A stretch of DNA of 63,893 bases from an uncultured Bacilli bacterium (GCA_934096405.1 CAKOLW010000005.1:1-63893); one strand, 5' to 3'. Counted from the first letter of the stretch, positions 40,038 through 50,040 are shown. Numbers and translations: made by a program. The notes: generated by a model from the letters alone, not told the origin.

Positions 40038-41169
40038 GACTTTTTGGAAGATTATTAATAAATATAAAGGTACTATTATACTTTATACAGTAATGTTAGT
40101 TATATTTGGTGGTATTAATATGAGTTCTAATAATAATACAGTAGAATTTACTAGTTCTAAACCAGATATTATTATAGTTAATGAAGATGAGTATAAAGGA
40201 ATTACTAAGAATTTAATAGATTATTTAAAAGATAATGCTAATATTATTCAAGATGTAAATACTGAGGATGAAATGAATGATTCTTTGTTTTATAGGGAAA
40301 CTAATTATATAATTTATATACCTAAGAATTATAGAGTTGATACTTTAAATGGTAAGAGTATTACTTTAAATATAAAAAGTTCTGGAGATTATTATTCTAG
40401 TCTAGAAGAGTTAAAACTTACTCAGTACTTAAGTGTTCAAAATACTTATTTGAGTGTATTTAATAATGAAGAAGATTTAATTAGTAATATTAATAATACT
40501 TTAAAGAATAATTCTAAAGTAGAAGTTACATCTAAACTTAATGAAAGTGAGTTAAGTAATATCTCTAGATATTTTAGTTTTGCTAGTTATTCTATAATGG
40601 CAGTTATTATGTTTATTATATGTTTAGTACTTACTAGTTTTAAGGAAACTACTATTAATAAAAGAATTATAATTAGTAGTATGGATTATAAAGAACATAA
40701 TAAGTTATTATTTATATCTAGTTTAGGTTATTCTCTTATAGTGTTTGTGTTATATGTGGTTTTAGGAATTATACTTTTAGGTAAACCTTTATTAACTACA
40801 AGAGGACTTATTTATATACTTAATACTTTTGTATTTACTATTACTTGTTTGTCATTATCTTTGTTAATATGTTCGTTAATTAAAAGTAAAGATGCAGTAA
40901 ATGGTATTGTAAATGTTTTGGCACTTGGATCAGCATTCTTATGTGGAGCTTTTGTACCTAGTGAATGGTTACCTGATGGAGTACTTTTATTAGGACATAT
41001 ATTTCCAGCATATTATTTCATAAATAGCAATGACTTACTTAAAGAAATACAAGTGTTAAATTTAAATAGTTTAATGCCAGTTATAATAAATATGATAATA
41101 CTTTTAGGTTTTACATTTGTGTTTGTTATGTGTAATAATATAGTTACTAAAAAGAAAAGAGTTAGTTAA
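40024..41169 (+). CDS. ABC-2 family permease (second subunit)
   Basis: Same topology as 38865..40037. Overlapping start. Confidence 0.75.
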   Translation: MTVFKTFWKIINKYKGTIILYTVMLVIFGGINMSSNNNTVEFTSSKPDIIIVNEDEYKGITKNLIDYLKDNANIIQDVNTEDEMNDSLFYRETNYIIYIPKNYRVDTLNGKSITLNIKSSGDYYSSLEELKLTQYLSVQNTYLSVFNNEEDLISNINNTLKNNSKVEVTSKLNESELSNISRYFSFASYSIMAVIMFIICLVLTSFKETTINKRIIISSMDYKEHNKLLFISSLGYSLIVFVLYVVLGIILLGKPLLTTRGLIYILNTFVFTITCLSLSLLICSLIKSKDAVNGIVNVLALGSAFLCGAFVPSEWLPDGVLLLGHIFPAYYFINSNDLLKEIQVLNLNSLMPVIINMIILLGFTFVFVMCNNIVTKKKRVS

Positions 41170-41181
41170 GGATGGAATGCT

Positions 41182-42930
41182 ATGGAATTAGAATGGGATT
41201 TAGATGATTTATTTGTTAATAATGATGAATTTTATAAAGAAATAGATTGTGTTAGAAATATATTGAGTTCATTTATAAATGAATTAGATAGTTTAACTTT
41301 ATTAGAGTTACTTGATAAAGAATGGTATATTAAAGAAAAAACAAACAATATTTTAATTTATGGTTCACTTAAATATTATAAAAATATAAAAAGTGAAGAG
41401 TGTGTTAAATTAAAAGAAGATGCTGAGAACTTTAGTAATGAAGTTAATGCAACTTTGAAAAGAGTTGATAATATTATCATTAATTATGGTAAAAATAAGA
41501 TAAATGATTTAATTAAAGAAGATGCTAAGTTAGAAAAATATAAACATTATTTGGATGATTTATTTAGACTTAGAGAACATATTCAAGATAATAATGTTAA
41601 TAAAGAAATAAAAGATAATATGAATTTAATTAATAAAAATATATCTTTATATAATGATTTACTAAGAAATAGTAATTATGGAAATATTATAATAGATGGT
41701 AATGTTATTGAATTAGATTCTTCTAATATATCAAAATATTTATCATCTAGAGATAGAGAAACTAGAAAAGAGACTTATTTTGCTATATATAAGTCATTTA
41801 AAGATAATTTAGATGGATTTAGTAAAATTTTGAATGAATTAATTGGCTTAAGAATTAAGAATGCTTCTTTAGAAAGATTTAATAATACTTTAGATAAAGT
41901 ATTGTTTACTGAAAATATAGATGCTAGAATATTGGATTTTTTAATTAAATCTGTTAATTCTAATTTATCTCTTATACATAGATATTTTAAGATTAAAGGA
42001 GATATGTTAGATATAAATGATATACATTTATATGATTTAAATGTTCCATTGGATAACAATTTAAAAACTAAGTATACTTTGGATGAAGCAATTGTTATTA
42101 TTAAGAATGCATTAAAGCCTTTAGGTGACAAGTATTTAAGTGTAGTAGAATCTTTATTAAATGGACATATAGATGCAACATTAGATGAAAATAAACATCA
42201 ATCTATTACTTTTTCTTGGAATACATATTCTTTTTTAAACTTTAGAGGTTCATATAATGATTTAAAGAATTTAATTCATGAATTAGGACATATAGTTAAT
42301 TATTATTTATATAAAGGAAGTGTACCTTATTTATACGAGGATAGTACTATATTTGTTGGAGAGACAGCATCAATAGTTAATGAAATTTTATTAATTAGAT
42401 ATTTATATAATAATGCTGAATCTATAGATGATAAGATATTCTATTTAAGTAAAGAGATAGAAAATTATTTTACTTCTGTATATAAACAAATCATGTATAC
42501 TGAATATGAAAAGAAATTATATGATATTAAATTAAATAGAGATTTGTCTTCTGATTTATTATCTAAAGAATATTTTGATTTGGTTAAGAAATATTATGGT
42601 AATTATGTTAATTTAGATGATGAAGCTAGTTATGAATGGACTAGATTGGGACATTTATATAGATGGAGTTTCTATACATATAAATATGCAAGTGGACTTT
42701 TAATTGCAAGTAATATTGTTAATTCATTGATTGATGAAAAGACTATTAGTAAAGAAGAATATATTAAATTCTTATCTTTAGGAAGTTCTATGTATTCTTT
42801 GGATTTATTAAAAACAGTTAATGTTGATTTAACTAATTCAAATGTAATCAATTCAGGTTTTAATGTTTTATCTAAAGATATAGATGAATTAGAAAAGTGT
42901 ATTCAAAAGAAAAGAACTGCTAGTAAATAG
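41182..42930 (+). CDS. M3B-family oligoendopeptidase (PepF-like)
   Basis: Zinc motif HELGH (LIHELGHIVNYY), about 580 aa. Terminator hairpin actgcta..tagcagt plus a T run at its 3' end. Confidence 0.8.
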   Translation: MELEWDLDDLFVNNDEFYKEIDCVRNILSSFINELDSLTLLELLDKEWYIKEKTNNILIYGSLKYYKNIKSEECVKLKEDAENFSNEVNATLKRVDNIIINYGKNKINDLIKEDAKLEKYKHYLDDLFRLREHIQDNNVNKEIKDNMNLINKNISLYNDLLRNSNYGNIIIDGNVIELDSSNISKYLSSRDRETRKETYFAIYKSFKDNLDGFSKILNELIGLRIKNASLERFNNTLDKVLFTENIDARILDFLIKSVNSNLSLIHRYFKIKGDMLDINDIHLYDLNVPLDNNLKTKYTLDEAIVIIKNALKPLGDKYLSVVESLLNGHIDATLDENKHQSITFSWNTYSFLNFRGSYNDLKNLIHELGHIVNYYLYKGSVPYLYEDSTIFVGETASIVNEILLIRYLYNNAESIDDKIFYLSKEIENYFTSVYKQIMYTEYEKKLYDIKLNRDLSSDLLSKEYFDLVKKYYGNYVNLDDEASYEWTRLGHLYRWSFYTYKYASGLLIASNIVNSLIDEKTISKEEYIKFLSLGSSMYSLDLLKTVNVDLTNSNVINSGFNVLSKDIDELEKCIQKKRTASK

Positions 42931-43038
42931 CAGTTTTTTTTCTTTAATTACATCTTTATATTACCATAAAATGGCATTTTTTTCAAGACTTGTAGAATAC
43001 TATAAAGTGTGATATTAAATATTAGGAGGTAGATAAAT

Positions 43039-43596
43039 ATGCAAATTAATACAGCATTAATAACTTGTTTTCTTAGATATTATCATACTATGAATAGTAA
43101 TATTAAAGTATATAATGATAAGTATGCTAAGGAACTTTTAACTGATGAGGAAATTACTAATATTAGTAATAGTTTAAAGAGTGGAATTAATTATTTTAAT
43201 CCTAATTATAATGGAGATAATCCTTTACTTTGGATAATAAACAATCAATTAGCACCTTCTGTATTGGCAAGAAGTAAGTTTAATCAAATACATTTATATA
43301 ATGAAATTAGACTTGGTTTAAAACAATATCTTATACTTGCTAGTGGGTATGATACATCGGGATTTATGGTGAATGATAAAATTAAAGTGTATGAGATAGA
43401 TAAAAAAGAGATGATTAAAGATAAGATTAGAAGAGTAAGTTTAAGTAAGTTAGATAATAAAAATATTAATTATATTTCTACTGATTTTAATAGTAATTGG
43501 ATAGAGAGTTTACTTAATACTAATTATAATTCTAACGAAAAGACTTTTTGTTCTCTTTTAGGTATAAGTTATGTTTTATTAGTTAAAAAGAATTGA
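43039..43596 (+). CDS. Class I SAM-dependent methyltransferase (LCM/TcmP-like), probably C-terminally truncated
   Basis: LILASGYDTSG SAM-binding motif, VYEIDK, STDF. It ends about 70-90 aa earlier than expected for this family (memory-based expectation). Confidence 0.5.
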   Translation: MQINTALITCFLRYYHTMNSNIKVYNDKYAKELLTDEEITNISNSLKSGINYFNPNYNGDNPLLWIINNQLAPSVLARSKFNQIHLYNEIRLGLKQYLILASGYDTSGFMVNDKIKVYEIDKKEMIKDKIRRVSLSKLDNKNINYISTDFNSNWIESLLNTNYNSNEKTFCSLLGISYVLLVKKN

Positions 43597-43644
43597 TAAT
43601 ATTTGGTTAATTTGTTAAAATCTATATATAAGGTATGGTGAATT

Positions 43645-44550
43645 ATGAAGAAAAAGTATGTGTATATTATAGGTGGTGTTTTAATACTTATTTTGTTAAT
43701 TTTAGGTGTATTGTTATTTAATAATAAACCTTCTAGTTTAATAGAAGAGGCAGCTAAAAATAGTGGTAAAGAAGTAACAGATTATAAGAAGTTTTTAGGT
43801 GGAGATGTGTTAAATGAAAATACTCATTTTAATGAATATACATTTATTAGTAACAATAAGGCTTATATATTCGATCCATCTAAATTAAAAAGTGGTGAAT
43901 TAAGTTATAAGAAAGTGTATGATATTCCTAGTGAGTTGGAAATTCTTAATATAGGAATACCAATGGGTGCTGATATAACATTTATAACTAAAGATGATAT
44001 AGAATATAAGTTAAATGATATAAATACAGATAATAAAATAGAAGATAATTATGGTATGTTTAATAAGGCTAATTATAAACTTGATAAATTCTATGATTCA
44101 TATTCCATGGGTGTATATAAGACTAAGTTTGATTACGATTTTGTATTTAATAATCATATGATTAAAGATAATGTTATATATAAATTAAGTGTTCCTTGGT
44201 ATGATATTCTTGAAAAGAAAGATTATCCTTTTACTAAAGAGAAGATAAGTGGTAATTATGAAGGTGAAAAGATTCTTAATGTATATAATGATAGAATTAT
44301 AAAGACTGATAAAGCTTTTTATGAAGTAGTAGATTATTATAAAGATAATACTAGGACAAGTGGAACTTTAAAAATGACTATGTTAAGTAAGTATTATGAT
44401 GAAGTATTAACTTTTACTTATGAATATGTCGTACTTAAAGATTATACTTTAATACCTATAAAAGATACTTTTGTAAATCGTAATAAAAAATATGTAGAGT
44501 ATTTTTATAAAGATTGTTTTGAAGAAGAAATAAAAGATTTTAATGAATAA
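43645..44550 (+). CDS. Membrane-anchored protein of unknown function
   Basis: N-terminal TM (YVYIIGGVLILILLILGVLLF). Terminator-like hairpin after the stop. Confidence 0.6.
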   Translation: MKKKYVYIIGGVLILILLILGVLLFNNKPSSLIEEAAKNSGKEVTDYKKFLGGDVLNENTHFNEYTFISNNKAYIFDPSKLKSGELSYKKVYDIPSELEILNIGIPMGADITFITKDDIEYKLNDINTDNKIEDNYGMFNKANYKLDKFYDSYSMGVYKTKFDYDFVFNNHMIKDNVIYKLSVPWYDILEKKDYPFTKEKISGNYEGEKILNVYNDRIIKTDKAFYEVVDYYKDNTRTSGTLKMTMLSKYYDEVLTFTYEYVVLKDYTLIPIKDTFVNRNKKYVEYFYKDCFEEEIKDFNE

Positions 44551-44633
44551 TTAGTTCAATAGATTACTATTGGACTTTTTGTCACTTAGTAGTCACTTTA
44601 GATTTTGTATAATGGACTCGTTAGGAGGAAAAT

Positions 44634-45165
44634 ATGGAAATATTAAGAGTAGAGAATTTAACTAAGATATATGGAGAAAAGAGTACTAAGGTAATTGCTT
44701 TAGATAATGTATCTTTTAATGTAGAAAAATGAGAATTTGTGGCAGTAGTAGGTGCTTCGGGAAGTGGTAAATCAACACTTTTAAATTTAATGGCTAGAGT
44801 AGATAGACCTACTAGTGGTAAAGTAATTATTAGAAGAAGACAAATAGGACTTATATATCAATTCTATAATTTAATACCTATTTTAAATGTAGAAGAGAAA
44901 ATCATTTACCTAATGAATTATCTGGTGGACAACAACAAAGAGTTTCAATTTCCAGAGCGCTTATAACTAAACCATCTATAGTACTCGCAGATGAACCTAC
45001 TGAAAATTTAGATTCTAAGATTAGTGAAGAAATAATGTAAATATTAAAAAGTCTAATAAAGATTATAATCAAACTATAATAATGATAACACATAATCCTG
45101 AGATTGCTAAAATGACTGATAGAATTATAGAAATAGAAGATGGACATATAAAGGAAGAGAGATAA
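44634..45165 (+). pseudogene. Degraded MacB/BceA-type ABC ATPase gene
   Basis: In-frame TGA at 44730..44732 where EKGEF is expected. Walker [10 protein letters not shown] is present. There is an internal deletion after SGKVII, a frameshift before [15 protein letters not shown], and a stop after EEIM. Confidence 0.85.
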
Positions 45166-45167
45166 TA

Positions 45168-45943
45168 ATGAAAATATTAAATAAATTAACATATAAAAAT
45201 CTCCTTCTAAATAAGAAAAGAAGTATTGTAACTATTATAGGTATTATTCTTTCAGTTGCTTTATTAACATCTGTTTCTAGTATGGTAGTTAGTTTTAGAG
45301 AAAGTGTTATTAAGTTAGAAAAAGAGGCAAATGGAAATTATCATTATTCATTTATGGATGTTAAAGAAAGTGATTTAAATCAATTTAAAAATAATAGATA
45401 TATTGAGTCATATTATGTTACTAAAGATATAGGATATGCTAAGATAGATAGTAAGAATGAGTTTAAACCATATGTTTATGTAATGGAAATGGATAATGTA
45501 TCTTTAAAGAATACTGGTATTGTTTTGATAAGTGGTAATTTACCTAAGAATGATGAGGAGATACTTATACCAAGACATTTAAAAACTAATGGAAGAGTTG
45601 AATATAATATTGGAGATAGTATTCTTTAAATATAGGTGAAAGAGTAAGTGAAGGGTATAGTTTAAATCAGAATAATCCATATGATTTGTAAACTAAAGAA
45701 GATATAGTAAATACTAATACTAAGACATATAAAGTTGTAGGTATTATGGAGAGAGTTAGTAATAGTATGGAACTATTATCCGCGCCTGGTTATACTTTAA
45801 TAACTTATATAGGTAATACAAATAGAGATAACTATAATGTATATGTCAGGTATACTAAAGAAGGATTAAAGAAACAATATGAAGTTACAGCTAATATAAT
45901 TGGTGTTAATGTAAGACTGTTAAAAGAGATTTTAAAATATTAA
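45168..45943 (+). pseudogene. Degraded and truncated FtsX/BceB-type permease gene
   Basis: Only the N-terminal TM and part of the extracellular domain remain. Frameshift near 45629, in-frame stop near 45690, and no C-terminal TM bundle. It is followed (45943..46008) by an unrelated C-terminal scrap ...IERIGSDKTGRWQILK. Confidence 0.75.
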
Positions 45944-46354
45944 TTGATAATTCAATAATTGAAAGAATTGGTTCTGATAAAACAGGACGTTGGCAAATTC
46001 TAAAATAAATAAGTGTCGATTAATTTGGTGCTTTTTAAATTAAATTATGTTCATTATTAGTTTTTAATCTTATTTTATTATAAAAAATAATCGGAGTAAT
46101 TAAGGAAAGTGAATATATCCTCAAATTAATTAGAGTCATACATAATAAAATCCAGTAAACACGGGAAATAATATCTGTTTGAAGCGTTTGGTTAAGTTAT
46201 TTCAAGCTTTTTCTCGTTAATTAGAAATTAATAACTAAATATCTTTTTAATAATATTTTAATACGATTTAAGGCTTGTAACAAAAAACATGACGAAATAT
46301 TTAAAGAAGTCCGATTTTATGATAAAATTATATAGAAAACAAGGGTGATTAAAT

Positions 46355-47731
46355 ATGAATATCGAACAAGCAGTTCAACTATTAAAAAAAATTAAATCAT
46401 ATCAAGGCAAAAAAATAAAAATAATATATTACAAAAAAAATTACGAGTATCAATTAGTAAATAATGAATGGAAAATTGGTTTTTGTGGATATGAAAAAGT
46501 ATCTGCAGTTGTAAAGCTTTGCGAGGTTAATAACTTCACGAGTGTATTAGTAGAAGATAGTGATACAAAAAGGAGTTTTCCTTTTTTTGGTATGGATTGT
46601 ATTATTGAATCTCTTGCTACAATCAATGAAGATAATTCAATCTCATTAATTTATGAAAATCAATTTTTAAAAAGTAAAAATTTAAACATAGAAAATGATC
46701 AATATGGTCAACAAACAAAAAGAGAAATGTTTCAATCTGAAGATATTGATGAACAAATAAAAGAATATTTAGAAAGAGAAAAATTAAGTAGAAGTGCTAA
46801 TAATCCAATATTAAATGATTTGTTTGATAAACCATCTATTTTTGATTATGGTACTCGAGATAGAGTTTTTCCATTTACAAATGAAATGCTAAATTTATAT
46901 ATGCCAGCTTATTCTTTTGTGGGAAAAAAGGTTTTGGCAAATTTAGGTAGTGGTGATTTTGCATTAAATGCATATTTACTAGGATCAAGTTTGATAGATA
47001 CTTTTGATATTAATGAATATTCTTATTATTATTATGAGTTAAAAAAAACACTGATAAAATTCTATAGTTATGATGAATTTTTAAATGTCATAGAAAACCC
47101 CAAAAAAGTGTATGATGATTTTAATAATTATAAACACTTTTTAAGTAAAGATGTTTCTGAATTTATTGCTAAAATGTTTAAAAAATACAATAATTGTTTG
47201 ACTGGATTTGCAAAGAAATTATTTTTACCTTCCTCATTTAATGCTGAAGAAAGAAAATTTTCTAGCAAAGATTTGAAAAATTTAAGAATGACTGCTCAAT
47301 TTAGGAATTTTTATTTAAGTAATGAACAAAATTATAACATAGTACGTAGTCAACTATCAAATGGAATAGATATTCATAGTAAATTTTTGTTAGGAGATGT
47401 TACAAATTTACAATTCAGTGATAAGTATGATATGATATATTTAAGTAATATAGGTGATGTTATTGATGCTCAACAATATTATACTTTTATTCGTTTTTTA
47501 CGAGATAATATTTTAACAGATAATGGTCAAATAATTATTGTTGATAAAGCTAGAAAATTTGATTTCCTTTTAAATGATGAAAGTGTTTCAAAAGATAATT
47601 ATAATGTTGCTCAAATAACACAATATAATGAAAATAATGCTGGTTTGTCCAATATTCCAGATTCCGAAAAAAGCGTTTGTTTATATTCTGTTTATAGACA
47701 TCCAGAATTAAAACATAGCTCAAAACGATAA
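46355..47731 (+). CDS. Two-domain protein: unknown N-domain plus DUF3419/BtaA-like SAM-dependent transferase-like C-domain
   Basis: VLANLGSGDFALNAYLLGSSLIDTFDINEYSYYYYELK resembles motif I plus the acidic loop of DUF3419-type Rossmann enzymes. Late YDMIYLSNIGD motif. Family recall only. Confidence 0.5.
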   Translation: MNIEQAVQLLKKIKSYQGKKIKIIYYKKNYEYQLVNNEWKIGFCGYEKVSAVVKLCEVNNFTSVLVEDSDTKRSFPFFGMDCIIESLATINEDNSISLIYENQFLKSKNLNIENDQYGQQTKREMFQSEDIDEQIKEYLEREKLSRSANNPILNDLFDKPSIFDYGTRDRVFPFTNEMLNLYMPAYSFVGKKVLANLGSGDFALNAYLLGSSLIDTFDINEYSYYYYELKKTLIKFYSYDEFLNVIENPKKVYDDFNNYKHFLSKDVSEFIAKMFKKYNNCLTGFAKKLFLPSSFNAEERKFSSKDLKNLRMTAQFRNFYLSNEQNYNIVRSQLSNGIDIHSKFLLGDVTNLQFSDKYDMIYLSNIGDVIDAQQYYTFIRFLRDNILTDNGQIIIVDKARKFDFLLNDESVSKDNYNVAQITQYNENNAGLSNIPDSEKSVCLYSVYRHPELKHSSKR

Positions 47732-47887
47732 TTTTACTAATTATCGTTTTTTGTATCTTTATAATTTTTTTTATTTTCCTAAATCATTTTCATATTTTCA
47801 TATTTCATAAAATTTGTTAAAATAATTTTGGTATAATTATATAGAAGTGTCAGATAAATAGTAATTTGAAAGTGAGATGTATTTTTT

Positions 47888-48385
47888 ATGTATTTTGATA
47901 AATTAAAATGTATTAATCAAAATGTGGATTTAAATGATTATTTAAAATTATATACATATGTTAGAGAACATATGCAGCATCCTGAATGGTTAGGAACTTT
48001 TTCTGAGAATGAAATAAAAGATATTTTATTTCATGGAGGAAAAATATGGCTATATTATGATAATGAACATTTAGTATGTTCAATGTTTTATATACCTTCT
48101 AATCAAAAAACATTAAATAAAAGACATATTAATACTTTAGAAAGAGAAACAGCTTCATTGGGGCCAATAATGGTAAGTCCTGATTATGTAGGTAATGGGT
48201 ATATGTTAAAAATGTTAAAAATATTTAATGAATACTGTATTAATGTAGGAATTAAATACATATTTACCAAAGCACATAGCGAAAATTTTTTTTCTATTAA
48301 TAATATGTATAAAGATGGTTATAAATTGATAGATGAATATGAAAATGAAAGAGGAAAAATGTCAGCCTTTTTAAAAAAATTATAA
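47888..48385 (+). CDS. GNAT-family N-acetyltransferase
   Basis: IMVSPDYVGNGYMLKMLK fits the GNAT acetyl-CoA binding motif (Q/RxxGxG/A-like). 165 aa. Confidence 0.65.
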   Translation: MYFDKLKCINQNVDLNDYLKLYTYVREHMQHPEWLGTFSENEIKDILFHGGKIWLYYDNEHLVCSMFYIPSNQKTLNKRHINTLERETASLGPIMVSPDYVGNGYMLKMLKIFNEYCINVGIKYIFTKAHSENFFSINNMYKDGYKLIDEYENERGKMSAFLKKL

Positions 48386-48633
48386 TAATGTTAAAAATTA
48401 TAATTTATTAGTGAGATCAGTTTTAAAAAACTAGTCTTTTCTTATTTATGAATAAAAGTATATATTTAATGTCTAGGTTACTAACTCCCATATAAATACC
48501 TGTTATATTTTTAATTGAGCCATTATTTATAACTAGAGTAGTATTAGTAAATCTTTCAATTATATCAATAGTTATCACTAAATTTTATTCTTTTGTTTCT
48601 ATACTTAACATAAAATCAATTTCTTTACATAAC

Positions 48634-48658
48634 AAAAAAACTAACTATTTCTAGTTAG
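48634..48658 (-). terminator. Rho-independent terminator (minus strand), probably the native terminator of tRNA-Gly displaced by the insertion
   Basis: On the minus strand, ctaacta-gaaa-tagttag followed by T7. It lies about 45 nt beyond attL, where the tRNA 3' flank would be after excision. Confidence 0.6.
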
Positions 48659-48699
48659 CATTTATTACTCTCAGAAGTTAGTTTCCGAGTTTCCTATCA

Positions 48700-48721
48700 A
48701 TTTGGAGCAGGTGATGGGAAT
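48700..48721. repeat. attL: 22-bp direct repeat ATTTGGAGCAGGTGATGGGAAT
   Basis: Identical to 56264..56285, which is the 3' end of tRNA-Gly (complement). Confidence 0.85.
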
Positions 48722-48736
48722 TGTCTCCAAAAAAAT

Positions 48737-48961
48737 ATGAGACCTAGATGTTTACAAGATGTATATTTTGTAATGTATGACCTAAAAGATAATCTTGTGT
48801 GCTTTTTTGATAATACTGATGAATTATCACGTGTAACAAAAGTACCAAGATATCAAATTAATGATTATTTTAAAAAGAAAGGAGATTATATTTATATTAA
48901 AGTTTATGGTCGACTTTATAAGTTGTATAAATATAATAAAGAAAAATATGATTTCATGTGA
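48737..48961 (+). CDS. Element-encoded small protein, unknown function (possible regulator)
   Basis: 74-aa ORF immediately inside attL. No recognisable motif. Confidence 0.4.
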   Translation: MRPRCLQDVYFVMYDLKDNLVCFFDNTDELSRVTKVPRYQINDYFKKKGDYIYIKVYGRLYKLYKYNKEKYDFM

Positions 48962-49286
48962 TATTGAAGAAAAGTTAATATATGATATTATTGATAGTTG
49001 TTTAGATAATAAGACTTTTATTGATCAATTTTATTACATAATGGGAGTGTCTGATAAAGCTGTTAAGATCGCTCTAAAAAAATTTAAAATTCTTCACCCA
49101 TTTTTAAAAGTTGAATTATCACAAATAGAAAAATTATTAGTTATAAGCTATAAACTTAGATCTATTAGCATAATTTTATCTTCTACGAAGGTTATGAGTG
49201 GCTTTTATGATATTTCTGTAATAATTGAACAACTAAATCACTTATCTTTAGATTTATCTTTAATAAGTTTGAGAAAATCATTTTAA
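48948..49286 (+). CDS. Element-encoded protein, unknown function
   Basis: ORF open from 48861. The ATG at 48948 (MISCDIEEK...) overlaps the previous stop. Start uncertain. Confidence 0.4.
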   Translation: MISCDIEEKLIYDIIDSCLDNKTFIDQFYYIMGVSDKAVKIALKKFKILHPFLKVELSQIEKLLVISYKLRSISIILSSTKVMSGFYDISVIIEQLNHLSLDLSLISLRKSF

Positions 49287-49405
49287 TTGATTTTCTTTTT
49301 TTATACTTCGAGATAAATTTTTTAGATAGATGACTAAAAAATTTACGTCAATTCTTTTTTTCTTTTTAAAGCATGATATATTTTATTCATGGGGAGGTGT
49401 AAAAA

Positions 49406-49555
49406 ATGAATAGCAAGCCAATAAATGCTACGTTAGAAACACGTACATCTGCAAAAAAAGGTACTACTTATAAAGTTGTGGTAATTAAACTTACTCCAAC
49501 ATATGAAAAATTAGTATTCTTAGACAAGGCTGAAATTGAATTATTAAATAAATAG
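49406..49555 (+). CDS. Small 49-aa protein (positional candidate for an ssDNA-binding or accessory protein)
   Basis: ggggaggtg SD. MNSKPINATLETRTSAKKGTTYKVVVIKLTPTYEKLVFLDKAEIELLNK. Not in the ORF track (too short). Confidence 0.45.
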   Translation: MNSKPINATLETRTSAKKGTTYKVVVIKLTPTYEKLVFLDKAEIELLNK

Positions 49556-49591
49556 CACCTCTTAATTTTTTTGAAAGGAGGTAGTTAATAA

Positions 49592-49768
49592 ATGGATGCT
49601 TTTATTACTGCATTAACTGCTGCTGAAGGTGGACTAAGTGCCGCTTCATTTTATGGAGTACTTACAAGTTTAGTACCATACTTAGTAGTTATCATCCCAG
49701 TTGCATTAGGTTTCTACTTTGTTAGAAAGTTAATTAAGGGAAGTGCAAAAGCAAAAGTTAGACTTTAG
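49592..49768 (+). CDS. Major-coat-protein-like gene, copy A (58 aa)
   Basis: aaaggaggtag SD. MDAFITALTAAEGGLSAASFYGVLTSLVPYLVVIIPVALGFYFVRKLIKGSAKAKVRL: a short polar N-terminus, one TM helix and a Lys/Arg-rich C-tail, as in inovirus g8p. Confidence 0.65.
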   Translation: MDAFITALTAAEGGLSAASFYGVLTSLVPYLVVIIPVALGFYFVRKLIKGSAKAKVRL

Positions 49769-49801
49769 TTGATTTAACTATCTCGAAAGGAGGGTTATTC
49801 A

Positions 49802-49975
49802 ATGGACGCTTTTATTACTGCGTTAACTGGAGCTAAAGGACTAAGTGCTGCTTCATTTTATGGAGTACTTACAAGTTTAGTACCATACTTAGTAGTTATT
49901 GTTCCAGTTTCATTAGGTTTCTACTTTGTTAGAAAGTTAATTAAGGGAAGTGCAAAAGCAAAAGTTAGACTATAA
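49802..49975 (+). CDS. Major-coat-protein-like gene, copy B (57 aa)
   Basis: aaaggaggg SD. Differs from copy A by four substitutions and one missing Gly. Confidence 0.65.
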   Translation: MDAFITALTGAKGLSAASFYGVLTSLVPYLVVIVPVSLGFYFVRKLIKGSAKAKVRL

Positions 49976-49982
49976 TTTTGCT

Positions 49983-50023
49983 CACGTTAACATTATTTTT
50001 AAATTTTGTTGACGTGTTTTTTT
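49983..50023 (+). terminator. Terminator-like hairpin directly after the coat genes
   Basis: cacgttaac / gttgacgtg stem (one G.U pair) with a 16-nt loop, then T7. Confidence 0.55.
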
Positions 50024-50040
50024 ATTTAATAGGAGGTAGT

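Noticed and set aside
48440-48620. ~52-codon minus-strand ORF (VITIDIIERFTNTTLVINNGSIKNITGIYMGVSNLDIKY...) left of attL.
   Set aside because: It has a GTG start without an SD, lies downstream of a terminator on that strand, and has no family signal. It is probably a remnant.
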